Shown in pieces: positions 39,723-49,683 of a stretch of 64,000 nucleotides of DNA. Positions within the stretch are counted from its first letter, which is position 1; each line of letters opens with the position of its first letter. Origin of the DNA: a plasmid; the sequence record NZ_CP154590.1; one strand, given 5' to 3'. Both the position numbers and the translations under genes were made by a program. The notes under the pieces are model-generated. The model did no database searches and was not told where the DNA came from. It was given only the letters and a program-made list of their open reading frames with translations.

Positions 39723-40700
39723 TTACTCCCCTTTAAATACGGCGATCGCTTCTACCAGTGCGGTCTGTGGAGAGGCCATCATAACCACTTTCGGGCCCAG
39801 ATGTTGCCATGCCGCCTGGACTGCCGTTTCGATAAGCGGTGCACCACCACCGACAATATAAACCCGGTTTACATGACGGAAATCGGCAAGGTCATCCACC
39901 ACCCGAGCCCCCAGACTGGCGATTGCGCTTTCAATGGTATCCATCACCAGTGGGATTTTGCTCTCGTCATTAATCACCTGACGGACAAAATCCATATCGT
40001 GGCGGTGTTTTATCAATTCATCAGCCACCATGGCACTGGTATCACTTGAAGCCATACGAAGCGCACTGAGGGCACTCTGAGTGACCATTGACACACCAAT
40101 ATCCGAATTACCATGAATGGCACTGACCGCATCAAACTGCCCGACAATGACGCCAACATCTAGAGTCGTCCCGCCAAGGTCGATTACCAGCGATTTCTCG
40201 TAAGGCCCGACACTGTCTTTTACCAGACGGGTAAACACGGCAGGCAGGGATTCCGGCATAACTTCAACGTGTTCAATACTGAACGTCTCACCTTTATTCA
40301 GTTTTACCGGCCGCATAAGGTTGTCGATCTTGCGCTGAATGTTGAGCTCATTCTTCTGGCATTCTTTTGTATAGAACTCACTGATAGGCAGTGTCACCGT
40401 CAGTGAAACAGCCTGTGGCTTCAGCCCGCTGTTAAGTAATGCATGATGTACAGCCAGAACATTCACATCCGTGTACTGATACTCAATATGAGTCGTCAGG
40501 ATGGACTGATTGCTGACTTCATCATAGGTGTACTTCTTGCCATCGAGCTCATAGTTAAAAGTCTGTCGATTTCCCAGCCCCTCTACCTTCCAGCCGGTAC
40601 GGAACGAGTTCGCAGATACTGACGTCTGCAGCTTTTTCCCGGCATACCAGGCAAGTTTTACGTTTGTTGATCCGTCGTCACAGAAAATATTCATTGTCAT
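39723..40700 (-). CDS. parM: ParM/StbA actin-like segregation ATPase
   Basis: 325 aa; FCDDGSTNVKLAW phosphate-1 motif, DLGGTTLD, and VYIVGGGA adenosine motif. Confidence 0.85.
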   Translation of the reverse strand: MTMNIFCDDGSTNVKLAWYAGKKLQTSVSANSFRTGWKVEGLGNRQTFNYELDGKKYTYDEVSNQSILTTHIEYQYTDVNVLAVHHALLNSGLKPQAVSLTVTLPISEFYTKECQKNELNIQRKIDNLMRPVKLNKGETFSIEHVEVMPESLPAVFTRLVKDSVGPYEKSLVIDLGGTTLDVGVIVGQFDAVSAIHGNSDIGVSMVTQSALSALRMASSDTSAMVADELIKHRHDMDFVRQVINDESKIPLVMDTIESAIASLGARVVDDLADFRHVNRVYIVGGGAPLIETAVQAAWQHLGPKVVMMASPQTALVEAIAVFKGE

Positions 40701-40971
40701 TCCTTAGCCCAGATATCGATAACACTCAAAGTGAGTATTAACAATTATTCTCACGGCAGTGCAACTACTCACTTTGAGTCCCTTCGAACATGATAATATC
40801 AAAACAAACTCATAATCAAATCATTTGAACATCGAAAACACATTATTTTAATATTACTTTAATATCATACTGAGTTGAGGTAACTTTCACCAAAAAGCAT
40901 CGCTATCGGTTGACATGACAGCCAAAAAAACTATCATCATGATATTGTTTTAATATTAAAAAGGGATTGCA
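40701..40971. promoter_or_regulatory. shared centromere/promoter region between divergent parMR and parA operons
   Basis: AT-rich; repeated TTTTAATATTA motifs (about 40846 and 40949); arrangement resembles the pB171 par1/par2 shared parC1. Confidence 0.5.
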
Positions 40972-41625
40972 ATGATACTTACGATAGCTAACACAAAAGG
41001 TGGCGTAGGTAAGTCTACGCTCGCGGTCAACATTGCCGTAAAAAGAGCCCTTCAGGGGAAAAAAGTTTGGTTAGTCGATGGTGATAAACAGGGTTCGTCG
41101 CAAACAGCTATTTTGGTTCGTTCAGAGGACGGTGTTGAGCCAGGTATTGCTTGCTCGCATTACCCTGAAGGTCCGGTATTAAGGAGCCAGGTTTTACAAC
41201 AGAAAGATAACTTTGACGATATCATCATCGAATGTGGGGGCCGAGACTCCACTGCTATGAGGGCAGCTCTGACAATCACAGACGTCCTTTTAGTCCCTTC
41301 AGCACCGGGAAGTTTCGAAGCTTGGGCTATGGATGCCAACGCCGAACTAATCAAAGAAGCGCGGAGCATAAGAGATGGGTTGGTCTGCTATTCGCTTTTG
41401 AACAAAGCAGATACTCAAGCCAGATCCTCCTACAACAGAGATATGCTGGAAATGATGGAAGAGTACAAAGAGGACATCCCAATCCTCGACAAAGTCATCT
41501 ATCAAAGAAAAGTCTACGCCAATGCTGCAGGCAGTGGAAGGACCGTGAGTGAACTGAAATTACGTTCGCATGAAAAGATTGCAGTGCAAGAGCTAGATAC
41601 TCTCATATCAACACTATTTGAATAG
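40972..41625 (+). CDS. parA: ParA-family (type Ib, ParF-like) partition ATPase
   Basis: 217 aa; deviant Walker A NTKGGVGKST. Confidence 0.8.
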   Translation: MILTIANTKGGVGKSTLAVNIAVKRALQGKKVWLVDGDKQGSSQTAILVRSEDGVEPGIACSHYPEGPVLRSQVLQQKDNFDDIIIECGGRDSTAMRAALTITDVLLVPSAPGSFEAWAMDANAELIKEARSIRDGLVCYSLLNKADTQARSSYNRDMLEMMEEYKEDIPILDKVIYQRKVYANAAGSGRTVSELKLRSHEKIAVQELDTLISTLFE

Positions 41626-41672
41626 TTAAATGCAATCAAAATAATATTAAAGTAATGTATAGGTGATATGAA

Positions 41673-41957
41673 ATGGCGCTCCAAAAAAAACCCAAAAACC
41701 AGCAATCTGTTTCAAATAATGAGGCAGTAGAAAACTTCATAAACTCAGCCCCCGATGCAAAACTCCCCGCGTCGAAGGGAGTTGTTAAAGGTAAAAAACA
41801 GCAGATCACAATCACGATGGACCCTGAACTGATTAAGCGTATAGATGAAGCAGCTGCAGAGAACGGGCAATCGCGCGCTGCTTTCATTAATATGTCATGC
41901 ATAAACATACTGGACTATGGTTTGCAAATTGCTGGCAAGAAGAAAATCAGCGACTAA
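41673..41957 (+). CDS. ParG/ParB(pB171)-like RHH centromere-binding protein
   Basis: 94 aa; flexible basic N-terminus plus C-terminal RHH-like ITITMDPELIKRIDEAAAENGQSRAAFI. Confidence 0.6.
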   Translation: MALQKKPKNQQSVSNNEAVENFINSAPDAKLPASKGVVKGKKQQITITMDPELIKRIDEAAAENGQSRAAFINMSCINILDYGLQIAGKKKISD

Positions 41958-41990
41958 AAACATTAAAACACAATGAAAGCAATTTCAATT

Positions 41991-42020
41991 TGATGTTGTT
42001 TTAATATTAAAACAACATCA
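41991..42020. promoter_or_regulatory. 30-bp perfect palindrome (parC2-like site)
   Basis: TGATGTTGTTTTAATATTAAAACAACATCA, containing the same TTTTAATATTAAAA core as the upstream centromere region. Confidence 0.55.
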
Positions 42021-42050
42021 AATCAATCTTTTCTGAATCTTACTGCTATC

Positions 42051-42827
42051 TTAGATTTTTTTTATCATCGCAACAGCCTCAGCCCCGGACATCTGAAACT
42101 GTACCCGGTGCCGTGCCGCCACATCGAGTGCAAACACCTTCGTGTAGACCTCCGTTGAACTGATACTCTTATGCCCCATCAGACTCTGCAGCACCTTCAG
42201 CGGAATACCGTTGTACAGCATATGCATGGCATAGGAATGCCGAAAAGTATGTGGAGTCACCGCTACCGAGAATGTCACACCGTCGGCCGCAGCGGATTCA
42301 ACCGCTTCACTCAGCCAGGTTCTGACGGTGCGGTCCGTAATTTCCCAGATGCGTGCTTTCTCTGTTCTGCCAGTACGTTTATTTCGGCGCTCGAGGGGAA
42401 TTTTCAGCGTGGCCACCATCATCTCCAGCTGACTGACGTACTGTTTATCTGACAGCGGCACCAGGCGATGAGCCTGGCTGCCAGCAGGCATTCTTCCTGC
42501 TGTTCTGGCCGCCTTTTCTGCCCGCTGTTTCAGGGTGGCCAGCTGCACAAACGGGTAGGGTGGCGCCAGCGAAAAATCACTCCGGGTCAGCGCCAGCGCT
42601 TCGTTAATGCGCGCGCCGGTATTCCACAGCGTGGCCAGCAACATCTTGCGGTGCAGATCGGGGACATAATGGAGTAGGGCGCTTACTTCCGGCGCCAGCA
42701 GATACTTCGGCAGTTCGTCCTGGACGATCGCCATCTGACGCAGGGCCAGAGCCGCCGGGTAATCGATGGCCACAGGTAGCTGTGCTGCAGGAACATTGGT
42801 TTGAGTGACCGGCATGAGATGACTCAT
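42051..42827 (-). CDS. tyrosine site-specific recombinase (ResD/XerD-like multimer resolvase)
   Basis: 258 aa; C-terminal HTFRHSYA...LMGHKSISSTEVYTKV with catalytic Y. Confidence 0.8.
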   Translation of the reverse strand: MSHLMPVTQTNVPAAQLPVAIDYPAALALRQMAIVQDELPKYLLAPEVSALLHYVPDLHRKMLLATLWNTGARINEALALTRSDFSLAPPYPFVQLATLKQRAEKAARTAGRMPAGSQAHRLVPLSDKQYVSQLEMMVATLKIPLERRNKRTGRTEKARIWEITDRTVRTWLSEAVESAAADGVTFSVAVTPHTFRHSYAMHMLYNGIPLKVLQSLMGHKSISSTEVYTKVFALDVAARHRVQFQMSGAEAVAMIKKI

Positions 42828-42831
42828 TGCT

Positions 42832-43365
42832 TTAACACCCCGGAAAATCTGAAGGGCCGATAATAAACATCACCAGGCCGTCGCGGCAACGTTCAAGCTC
42901 CGCCTCACTGGCAGAAGAAGACAGCCTGTGCAGGTTCGCGGGGGTCGCGTCCAGAGGATATAAATCCTGGCTGAACAGCGACAGATTATCTTCACTGCAT
43001 GTGAGACCTGCCGCTCCCAGATACCGGGAATAATCAGACAGTATGGACCGGCGTTCTGCTTCAGGCAGTGACTCAAAATACCCCAGATACTCATCAGTAA
43101 AAGCAGAATCGGCGATCCCCCTGACCACGCCGGCCATTTCCTGACAGATATCCAGCTGCAGCACCGCCGCAGGGAAGATATCCTCCCGGTGTCCGCCACA
43201 GGATGCGGAGGCCAGCCGCCACTGACGGTTGGTGCTGACCGGTACTGTCCGAGTCGACGCAAGCACCAGGACCGGCAGTTTACCCGTCCACGTTTCAAAA
43301 GGTTCGTCAAAATAATCAGCAGGAATATCGGCAAGAGCCATTCCATCCCATGTTGACACTGTCAT
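42832..43365 (-). CDS. hypothetical protein (177 aa)
   Basis: ORF 5 bp upstream of the recombinase gene, same strand. Confidence 0.35.
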   Translation of the reverse strand: MTVSTWDGMALADIPADYFDEPFETWTGKLPVLVLASTRTVPVSTNRQWRLASASCGGHREDIFPAAVLQLDICQEMAGVVRGIADSAFTDEYLGYFESLPEAERRSILSDYSRYLGAAGLTCSEDNLSLFSQDLYPLDATPANLHRLSSSASEAELERCRDGLVMFIIGPSDFPGC

Positions 43366-43376
43366 GTTGCTCCTCG

Positions 43377-43763
43377 TTATAGTTTATATGCGGCGGGTAA
43401 CCAACCGGGAGCCGGCGGCAGCGGAGAACAATTCCAGGGATGTTGCGCTGCCAGTTCCTGAATATCGTCGTCATACAGCCCAGTCCCGCCAAAATCAAAC
43501 GCCGGCCAGCGCTGGCAGGCATAGCAGTAGGCCAGAAAACCCTCATCCCGCTTCCGGGTCAGCCAGTACACCCAACTGATGGCGTAAATGTCCTGCGAGT
43601 AAGCCCCCCAGGCCACAAAAAACGCAAAGCGGGTCCAGTGGGCCAGTTCGGGGTAAAGTGGACGCATGGCAGCCAGTTCATTCAGCGTCTGCTGGTCAAG
43701 ACTGAAATCCTGCTCTTCCGTGTCGGTAACAAATGTCTCCAGATCAAACTTAAACTTTTCCAT
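43377..43763 (-). CDS. hypothetical protein (128 aa)
   Basis: ORF in the same operon-like run. Confidence 0.35.
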   Translation of the reverse strand: MEKFKFDLETFVTDTEEQDFSLDQQTLNELAAMRPLYPELAHWTRFAFFVAWGAYSQDIYAISWVYWLTRKRDEGFLAYCYACQRWPAFDFGGTGLYDDDIQELAAQHPWNCSPLPPAPGWLPAAYKL

Positions 43764-43814
43764 CCAGTGTTCCTTTATTATTGAGAAATCCCGCCTTACC
43801 CTCTGTTAATGCTT

Positions 43815-44141
43815 CTATCTGAAGCTTGCCCAGAAGTCAGGCCGAATGTCATACAGCATTGTGTCACCAACATCAGCCAGCTTTTCATCAAATTCCCCCT
43901 TATCGGGAAGACAACCATCCTTGACATCAGAAACGTCGCTTAACTCTCTTAGATGCCAGAATTCGCAGTCTGGCTCCTGGATAGCAATAACAAAACCGTA
44001 TGAATTCACCAGGTAACGCGGATTAACCGGATATTCTAAATCCCTAATCCATAATGGAGTGCTGTTTGGGATACCAAGAGCCATTCTTATTTCCAGTAAT
44101 GTCCTGTTACCAGTTCGACCAGCAGTACATCGTTTACACAT
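43815..44141 (-). CDS. hypothetical protein (89-108 aa)
   Basis: ORF; probable start at the internal MALGIP. Confidence 0.3.
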   Translation of the reverse strand: MCKRCTAGRTGNRTLLEIRMALGIPNSTPLWIRDLEYPVNPRYLVNSYGFVIAIQEPDCEFWHLRELSDVSDVKDGCLPDKGEFDEKLADVGDTMLYDIRPDFWASFR

Positions 44142-44698
44142 AAAATAGTCACTCAGAGTAATTATTACGGGCGGCAGATCTGTCTGCGCACAACCCTGCG
44201 TCTGTCACCCGGATGATTTTCCCCTGCCGTCATCATTTATAAGAGGATAATGAGCAGGCATATAGCCACGCCGTTAAATTACCGGATGGCCGTTTCGGTG
44301 TGATCCGATTTATTGCGTATTTAACAGTTTCCGGAAGTGTACCACGCACACGAAATAAGCAAAGCGGCAATATCTGCCCCTGCGCGACGGATCACGGGGA
44401 AGGGGATAAACACAACATATATAAGAAAACGCAGCTGATGGCATGGCACATGTTGTGTTTCTGCGCCGCTGCGCGCCGGAGGCCGGAGAGAAGATCCGGA
44501 ACAGACAATTTTCGGATCTGCACGGTGGGAAACCCGTAAAGAATATGATAATTAAACAAAATACATAAAATCATATCAGATTTGATATTTATCATTAATC
44601 ATATAACCATATCTAATATGATTATTGCACACAGAGTAGAAAATCACTCATGATATGATTTTTTTACTCAAGCGACATTTTCAGACGGAGCGTGCAGG

Positions 44699-44959
44699 AT
44701 GGATGAGAAAGAAGTGAATTTTTCACTCAGCTATGAGCAACTGACCCGGATAGCGGAAGAACGTATCCGTGAATGCGAGCTGGACAGCCAGGGCGCCAAA
44801 TACATCAGCGAATCGAGTAAGGCCAGCACCCTTCTGGGATTCTGGTATGAACTGGCCATTACTGGTGCGCCAATGAAAAATTACGAACAAACCAAAGCGC
44901 TCATCGACGCCGATCATCAGCGTCTCAGAAAGCTCATCTGGCCAGAGACGGATAAGTAA
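44699..44959 (+). CDS. hypothetical protein (86 aa), first gene of a 4-gene coupled operon
   Basis: Stop overlaps the next gene start (TAATG). Confidence 0.4.
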   Translation: MDEKEVNFSLSYEQLTRIAEERIRECELDSQGAKYISESSKASTLLGFWYELAITGAPMKNYEQTKALIDADHQRLRKLIWPETDK

Positions 44960-46212
44960 TGACTAAGACACGCCGACCATCGCCGCTGCAGCGGCGGGTG
45001 CTGATTGTGCTGGCCGCCCTCGATGCGAAACGTCCGGGACCGGTGGCCACGCGGGATATTGAGCGGATGCTGGAGCAGGGCGGGGACGCCCCGGTGTACG
45101 GGCCGAACCTGCGCGCCTCCTGCCGGCGTATGGAGGCCGCAGGCTGGCTGCGCACCCTGCGCGCCCCGAACCTGCAGCTGGCCGTCGAGCTGACGGACGC
45201 CGGCCGTGCGCTGGCCGCTCCGCTTCTGGCTGACGAACAGGCGCGTGTCCTGGCGGAGCAACGCACGACGGAGATCCGGGTTCTGCCCCTGGTCCGGATA
45301 AAACCGGTATACGAGTCTGACAGGTTCGGTGACGACCGGCCGGTGGAGCTGGACGGTCGCTGGCACCTGGCGTGCCGGGGCGACTACGTTATCCGTCTCG
45401 ACGGCACCACCTGCCTGCAGCTGTGGAACACGGCCGGGCAAGTGATGCGACAGGAAGGCGACCCCCTGCAGGTGGCTGAGTGGTTACAGGCCTGTCACGA
45501 TGCCGGCATTGATATCCGCCTGCAGATCAACGAAAGCACCGCGCCGGAACAGGGTACACCTTCACTGAAAGGGGCTGAGTTTCCCGGCGGGCAGGCTGCA
45601 GACACGACGGAAACCTGGTACCGGTACCTGCTGAGGGCACTGCGACAATACGATGTGCAGGGGCTGTCCGCCACAAACCCGGAGCACCTTAACGCAGTGA
45701 AGCCCGGCAGGCGTAATAAGGAACAACCGCTACAGGAACGTTTTCTGGCACTGGCGAAAACGGTGGAAGGGACCCCTGGTGCCCTTCGTTCGGATCGGTA
45801 TGAAGAGGATGCCGGCCCGCTGCTGACAGAGTTGCTGGACGGATTCGGGTTCACGCCGGACCAGGCTTCCCGCCTCATCCGCCTTATCCGCTGGCCGCTG
45901 ATGAGTCAGGAAGAATATGACCGGCGCGAGCTGAACAGCCTGCTGGATGAACTGGAACAGCGACAGCTGTACTGCAACCGCGAGCAGCTGACTGAGATTG
46001 TGTTTTCACCGGTCCGCCAACCCGGCGAGCGCTGGACTGACCGTCTGCAGTGGCTCCTGATTACGGACGGATTCGGGTTCTGCAGTCCGCTGTCCCGTGA
46101 CGCAGGCGCCCGGGCGTTGGCGATCCTGGCCGGCTACACGGGGCAGGAGGTGGCGGAACATCTGGCCACGGTGATCGTCTGGAACAACCACAGCGCGGGG
46201 ACGCCGTCATGA
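44959..46212 (+). CDS. GC-rich hypothetical protein with N-terminal winged-helix (417 aa)
   Basis: MTKTRRPSPLQRRVLIVLAALDAK...ATRDIERML resembles a MarR/PadR-type wHTH; GC clearly higher than the surrounding backbone; start and stop both overlap neighbouring genes. Confidence 0.45.
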   Translation: MTKTRRPSPLQRRVLIVLAALDAKRPGPVATRDIERMLEQGGDAPVYGPNLRASCRRMEAAGWLRTLRAPNLQLAVELTDAGRALAAPLLADEQARVLAEQRTTEIRVLPLVRIKPVYESDRFGDDRPVELDGRWHLACRGDYVIRLDGTTCLQLWNTAGQVMRQEGDPLQVAEWLQACHDAGIDIRLQINESTAPEQGTPSLKGAEFPGGQAADTTETWYRYLLRALRQYDVQGLSATNPEHLNAVKPGRRNKEQPLQERFLALAKTVEGTPGALRSDRYEEDAGPLLTELLDGFGFTPDQASRLIRLIRWPLMSQEEYDRRELNSLLDELEQRQLYCNREQLTEIVFSPVRQPGERWTDRLQWLLITDGFGFCSPLSRDAGARALAILAGYTGQEVAEHLATVIVWNNHSAGTPS

Positions 46213-46889
46213 GCACAGGCAACGTCCATTTGATTGTAACCTGCACGCGCCGCAAAACCGTGCCTGCAGGTGATGCGGTCTTTCCGGATGAACGTGACGT
46301 GGAGAGAGCTTACGGGCTCTGGATGGAAAGACTGGCGCAGGCCCGTCGCGGATCGCCCCCCATGACCGCCGGCGAACTGTATACGGGCCAGCACTGGTGC
46401 AGGGCAGTTGCAGCTGCGGCGCGAAACGGTGCCGAAATGTGGGTGATTTCAGCTGGCCTGGGGCTACTACATGCCTCTGATCCCGTGGTCCCGTATGAGG
46501 CGACATTTTCCTCGATGCCGTTCTGCCATCGCACTCACTGGGAACGACTGACAACACGTCCACTTTCGGAACGACGGTGTACCTCCCTGAAAATGCTGAT
46601 GCAGACAAGGCCTGACGATCGGTTTGTAGTGGCGGCCTCCCCAGTATACCTGCGTGCCGTGGAATCAGACCTTCTCGCGGGAAGGTACACGCTACGAGCA
46701 CCTGAACAGTTGACGGTTGTCACCTCAAAAGGCTATCAGGGCAGCCTGAAGGACAGTGTCCGGTATACGAGCGCAGGAATGATGAAGGGGCTGAATACCA
46801 ACATGACAGGATTAAATATTAGTTATGCCGTGCAGTTGATTGGTAATGAGGAAGATCGCAGCAGAACAGCACATGAGGTATATGCATGA
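46209..46889 (+). CDS. hypothetical protein (226 aa)
   Basis: ATGA overlaps at both ends (coupled to the 417-aa gene and to nuc). Confidence 0.4.
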   Translation: MSTGNVHLIVTCTRRKTVPAGDAVFPDERDVERAYGLWMERLAQARRGSPPMTAGELYTGQHWCRAVAAAARNGAEMWVISAGLGLLHASDPVVPYEATFSSMPFCHRTHWERLTTRPLSERRCTSLKMLMQTRPDDRFVVAASPVYLRAVESDLLAGRYTLRAPEQLTVVTSKGYQGSLKDSVRYTSAGMMKGLNTNMTGLNISYAVQLIGNEEDRSRTAHEVYA

Positions 46890-47359
46890 TCCGCCTGTTA
46901 TGTTCAATAGTTATGATCGTTCTGACGTTTTCTGCCAGCGCGGATGTCAGCGGCAGGGTTGTGCGCGTGCTGGATGGAGATACCGTTGAGATTCTTGAAA
47001 CAGGGAACAGAGTGACCCGTGTTCGTCTGGCCGGCATTGATGCACCCGAAAAGAGCCAGCCCTTTGGCCAGCGCTCCCGTCAGGCTCTTTCATCGATGGT
47101 GGCGCAGCGAACCGTAACCGTCACGGGAGGAGATACGGATCGTTATGGACGGCTATTGGGTACGGTGTGGCTTGACGCTAAGGACGTGAATGCCGAACAG
47201 ATCCGTAAGGGACTGGCCTGGGCGTACCGATATCACGGAAAACCCATCAAACCTGACTACGCTGCCCTCGAAGACGAAGCCAGACGTCTGGCAATCGGAC
47301 TCTGGTCAGCCCCCGACCAGACAGAACCCTGGCGTTGGCGGAAGCAACATCAGGGATAA
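46886..47359 (+). CDS. nuc: secreted thermonuclease-family (SNase-like) endonuclease, Nuc
   Basis: 157 aa; signal peptide; SNase core RVLDGDTVEI...VRLAGIDAPE...YGRLLGTVW. Confidence 0.8.
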   Translation: MIRLLCSIVMIVLTFSASADVSGRVVRVLDGDTVEILETGNRVTRVRLAGIDAPEKSQPFGQRSRQALSSMVAQRTVTVTGGDTDRYGRLLGTVWLDAKDVNAEQIRKGLAWAYRYHGKPIKPDYAALEDEARRLAIGLWSAPDQTEPWRWRKQHQG

Positions 47360-47683
47360 GGCTCTCTCAATGACGCCCTGAATCCGAACGTTGCCGACAG
47401 CAGGGGAAACCGATTACCTGTGCCTGTGTGAAAATGCCTGCATCCTGTGCTACGAGTTCTCACGATGCCAGGCGGCCGATTTGACTGCCAGTGCCAGTGC
47501 GCGTCCTTCTCCTTTCTTTTCCTGTTATACATAGCAACACGCAGATATATATTGACGGAAATAAAATGCACTTAAGTTAAAACTAATGGACATATCAGAA
47601 CATAACCTATAAATTTATATATGTGCAGTAGAAACAAGTCTAATTAAATATATATCATTAACAATTTCCTCAGGAGTTCTAAA

Positions 47684-47968
47684 ATGAATAAGAAGAGTGA
47701 CAGAACCTTTCCTAAACCATTTTATTTTGCAGTCCTGTATGTAATAACGTTTTCCTTTTCTTACGCATGTTTATCTGAAATTCAACTAATTGTGTCAAAT
47801 AATAATTCGCAAATTGATGCGGTGTGGCCATTAAACTGGATTACAGATCCGAACCAACGCATCTATGGTGCAGCTTTTTTAGGAGTGCTTATCTGCTGGG
47901 TTATTAATATTGTTTTCAACAAAGTTATTTTTACAAAGTATAAGAATTCGAGAAAACAATCCATCTGA
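47684..47968 (+). CDS. small hydrophobic protein of unknown function
   Basis: 94-aa low-GC ORF with two TM-like segments; RBS AGGAG. Confidence 0.3.
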   Translation: MNKKSDRTFPKPFYFAVLYVITFSFSYACLSEIQLIVSNNNSQIDAVWPLNWITDPNQRIYGAAFLGVLICWVINIVFNKVIFTKYKNSRKQSI

Positions 47969-48448
47969 AGCCCATACCTTTTAGGGATGGCGGACGCTTG
48001 TTCGCCACCTGAGCTATGCCACACGTTGTACTCCCTCAAAACCCTATCCCAAACTTTCCCTCGTTCAGCGCGTAGTTCTTTTCCTCATCATCCAGTACTC
48101 TGAGAGGAACTTTGTTTAGTTTGCACATGATACCCCCCATTTTGGTGGTTTGAACGTAAGATTACGGGTATTGATACCTTATTCAACTATTACTTTTATC
48201 CAGCTATTTGATACATAGTCGATACCGTTAATAATATCCACTGCATCGGTATCACATATTACTGTAGTTGTCCCGTAAAAAACACTAACCCATAAATATC
48301 ACCCCTGAATATTTACGCTACAAACAGCTATTACTTTGTTGTCTTGTTGACGAGGTCTTTTGTACACATGCTGTCGAACGCTAAAATTTATGCTCAACGG
48401 AAATTTCGGCAGTTCCAGCGGCTACCGGTATAAACGGAGAATAATTAT

Positions 48449-48486
48449 GGGGGAACCGCAGAATTCGGAAAAAATCGTACGCTAAG
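48449..48486 (+). repeat. Tn1721/Tn1722-type 38-bp terminal inverted repeat (left end of transposon remnant)
   Basis: GGGGGAACCGCAGAATTCGGAAAAAATCGTACGCTAAG, near-identical to the Tn21-subfamily/Tn1721 IR; about 150 bp beyond the mcp stop. Confidence 0.75.
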
Positions 48487-48637
48487 CTAACGGTGTTCTC
48501 GTGACAGCTCTTTGACTAGGCTTTCTAAGGCCATTCTGATAGCCCTGACTTCCTGAAAAGCCATGGCTAAAATTTGTGCGGCTAAAAGGGATAACCGATG
48601 GTAAAGTAAGTTATCCCTGTCGAGATACTGAAAAGCG

Positions 48638-49683
48638 TTATCCTCGTTTTTCCCAAAACTGTTTTGCCAGTTCGCTCAGAGCGCTAGTTAACTGAGCGAC
48701 AGATTTCGCACTTTGCAAATTATTCTGCCCGGTCTGTACATTGGTATCAGCAGCATCGCGTATATTGATAATACTGCGGTTTATGTCTTCACTTACTGCT
48801 CCCTGCTGCTCGACCGCAGTCGCTATTTGCGCGTTCATGTCGGTAATTTCGTTAACGCGTTGGCCAATTCCATCAAGAGCTGTAGCTGCTTCCTCTGCGT
48901 GAGCTACACTCGTGTGCGCTTGCCGACTACTTTGCTCCATGACTGTAACAGCGGATTGCGCTCGCTCTTGTAGAGCGCTGATCATGCTTTGAATATCCGT
49001 TGTCGATTGCTGTGTGCGAGCAGCAAGACTGCGAACCTCATCGGCGACAACAGCAAAACCACGCCCCTGCTCACCAGCACGCGCGGCCTCAATTGCTGCG
49101 TTGAGTGCCAACAAATTCGTTTGCTCGGCGATCCCTCGTATAACGTCAAGAACTTTTGATATCTCGTTACTTTGACCTTCAAGCTCATGAATAACCTGAG
49201 TGGCTTGCCTAATTTCACCTTCAAGGGCAGTGATTGACTGGCTTGTGTGGGCTACCAGACGCTGGCCAGATGCCGTCTCAGTGTCTGCTCTTCCGGCCGC
49301 ATCTGCAGCATGCTGTGCATTGCTCGCAACCTCTTGAATGCTTGCCACCATTTGGTTTACTGCCGTTGCTATTTGATCTGTCTCTGCCTGCTGCTCAACT
49401 GTAAGTACATTGCTTGACTCAATATCCTTTAGTAGGCCTCGGGTGTGTTCGCTAAGCCGATTTGATGCATCACCTATGCGACCTACTATAGCGCCTGTTT
49501 CAGCTTGCATCATTCGTAAAGCAAACTCTATTTGGCCAAACTCATCGGTGCGCCCAGTGTAGAGGGATTGACTTAATGGGTTATTGGAAATATTCCTGGC
49601 TCTTTCAACCAGTCTTCCAAGAGGAGAGAGAATAGCCAAAACACTAACAGAGCTTAAGCTTCCTGACATTAAAGTGGCTAACA
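48638..49683 (-). pseudogene. mcp: Tn1721 orfI (mcp) C-terminal fragment: HAMP plus methyl-accepting signalling domain
   Basis: MCP signalling-domain repeats; reading frame abuts the ISEcp1 IRL at 49684; in frame with the N-terminal fragment at 54487-55018 once the insert is removed. Confidence 0.8.

Noticed and set aside
44917-45441. 174-aa minus-strand ORF (and several others) inside the 417-aa gene
   Set aside because: Antisense open frames are expected in GC-rich DNA; Arg/Ala/Pro-rich with no RBS; the plus-strand coupled operon explains the region.
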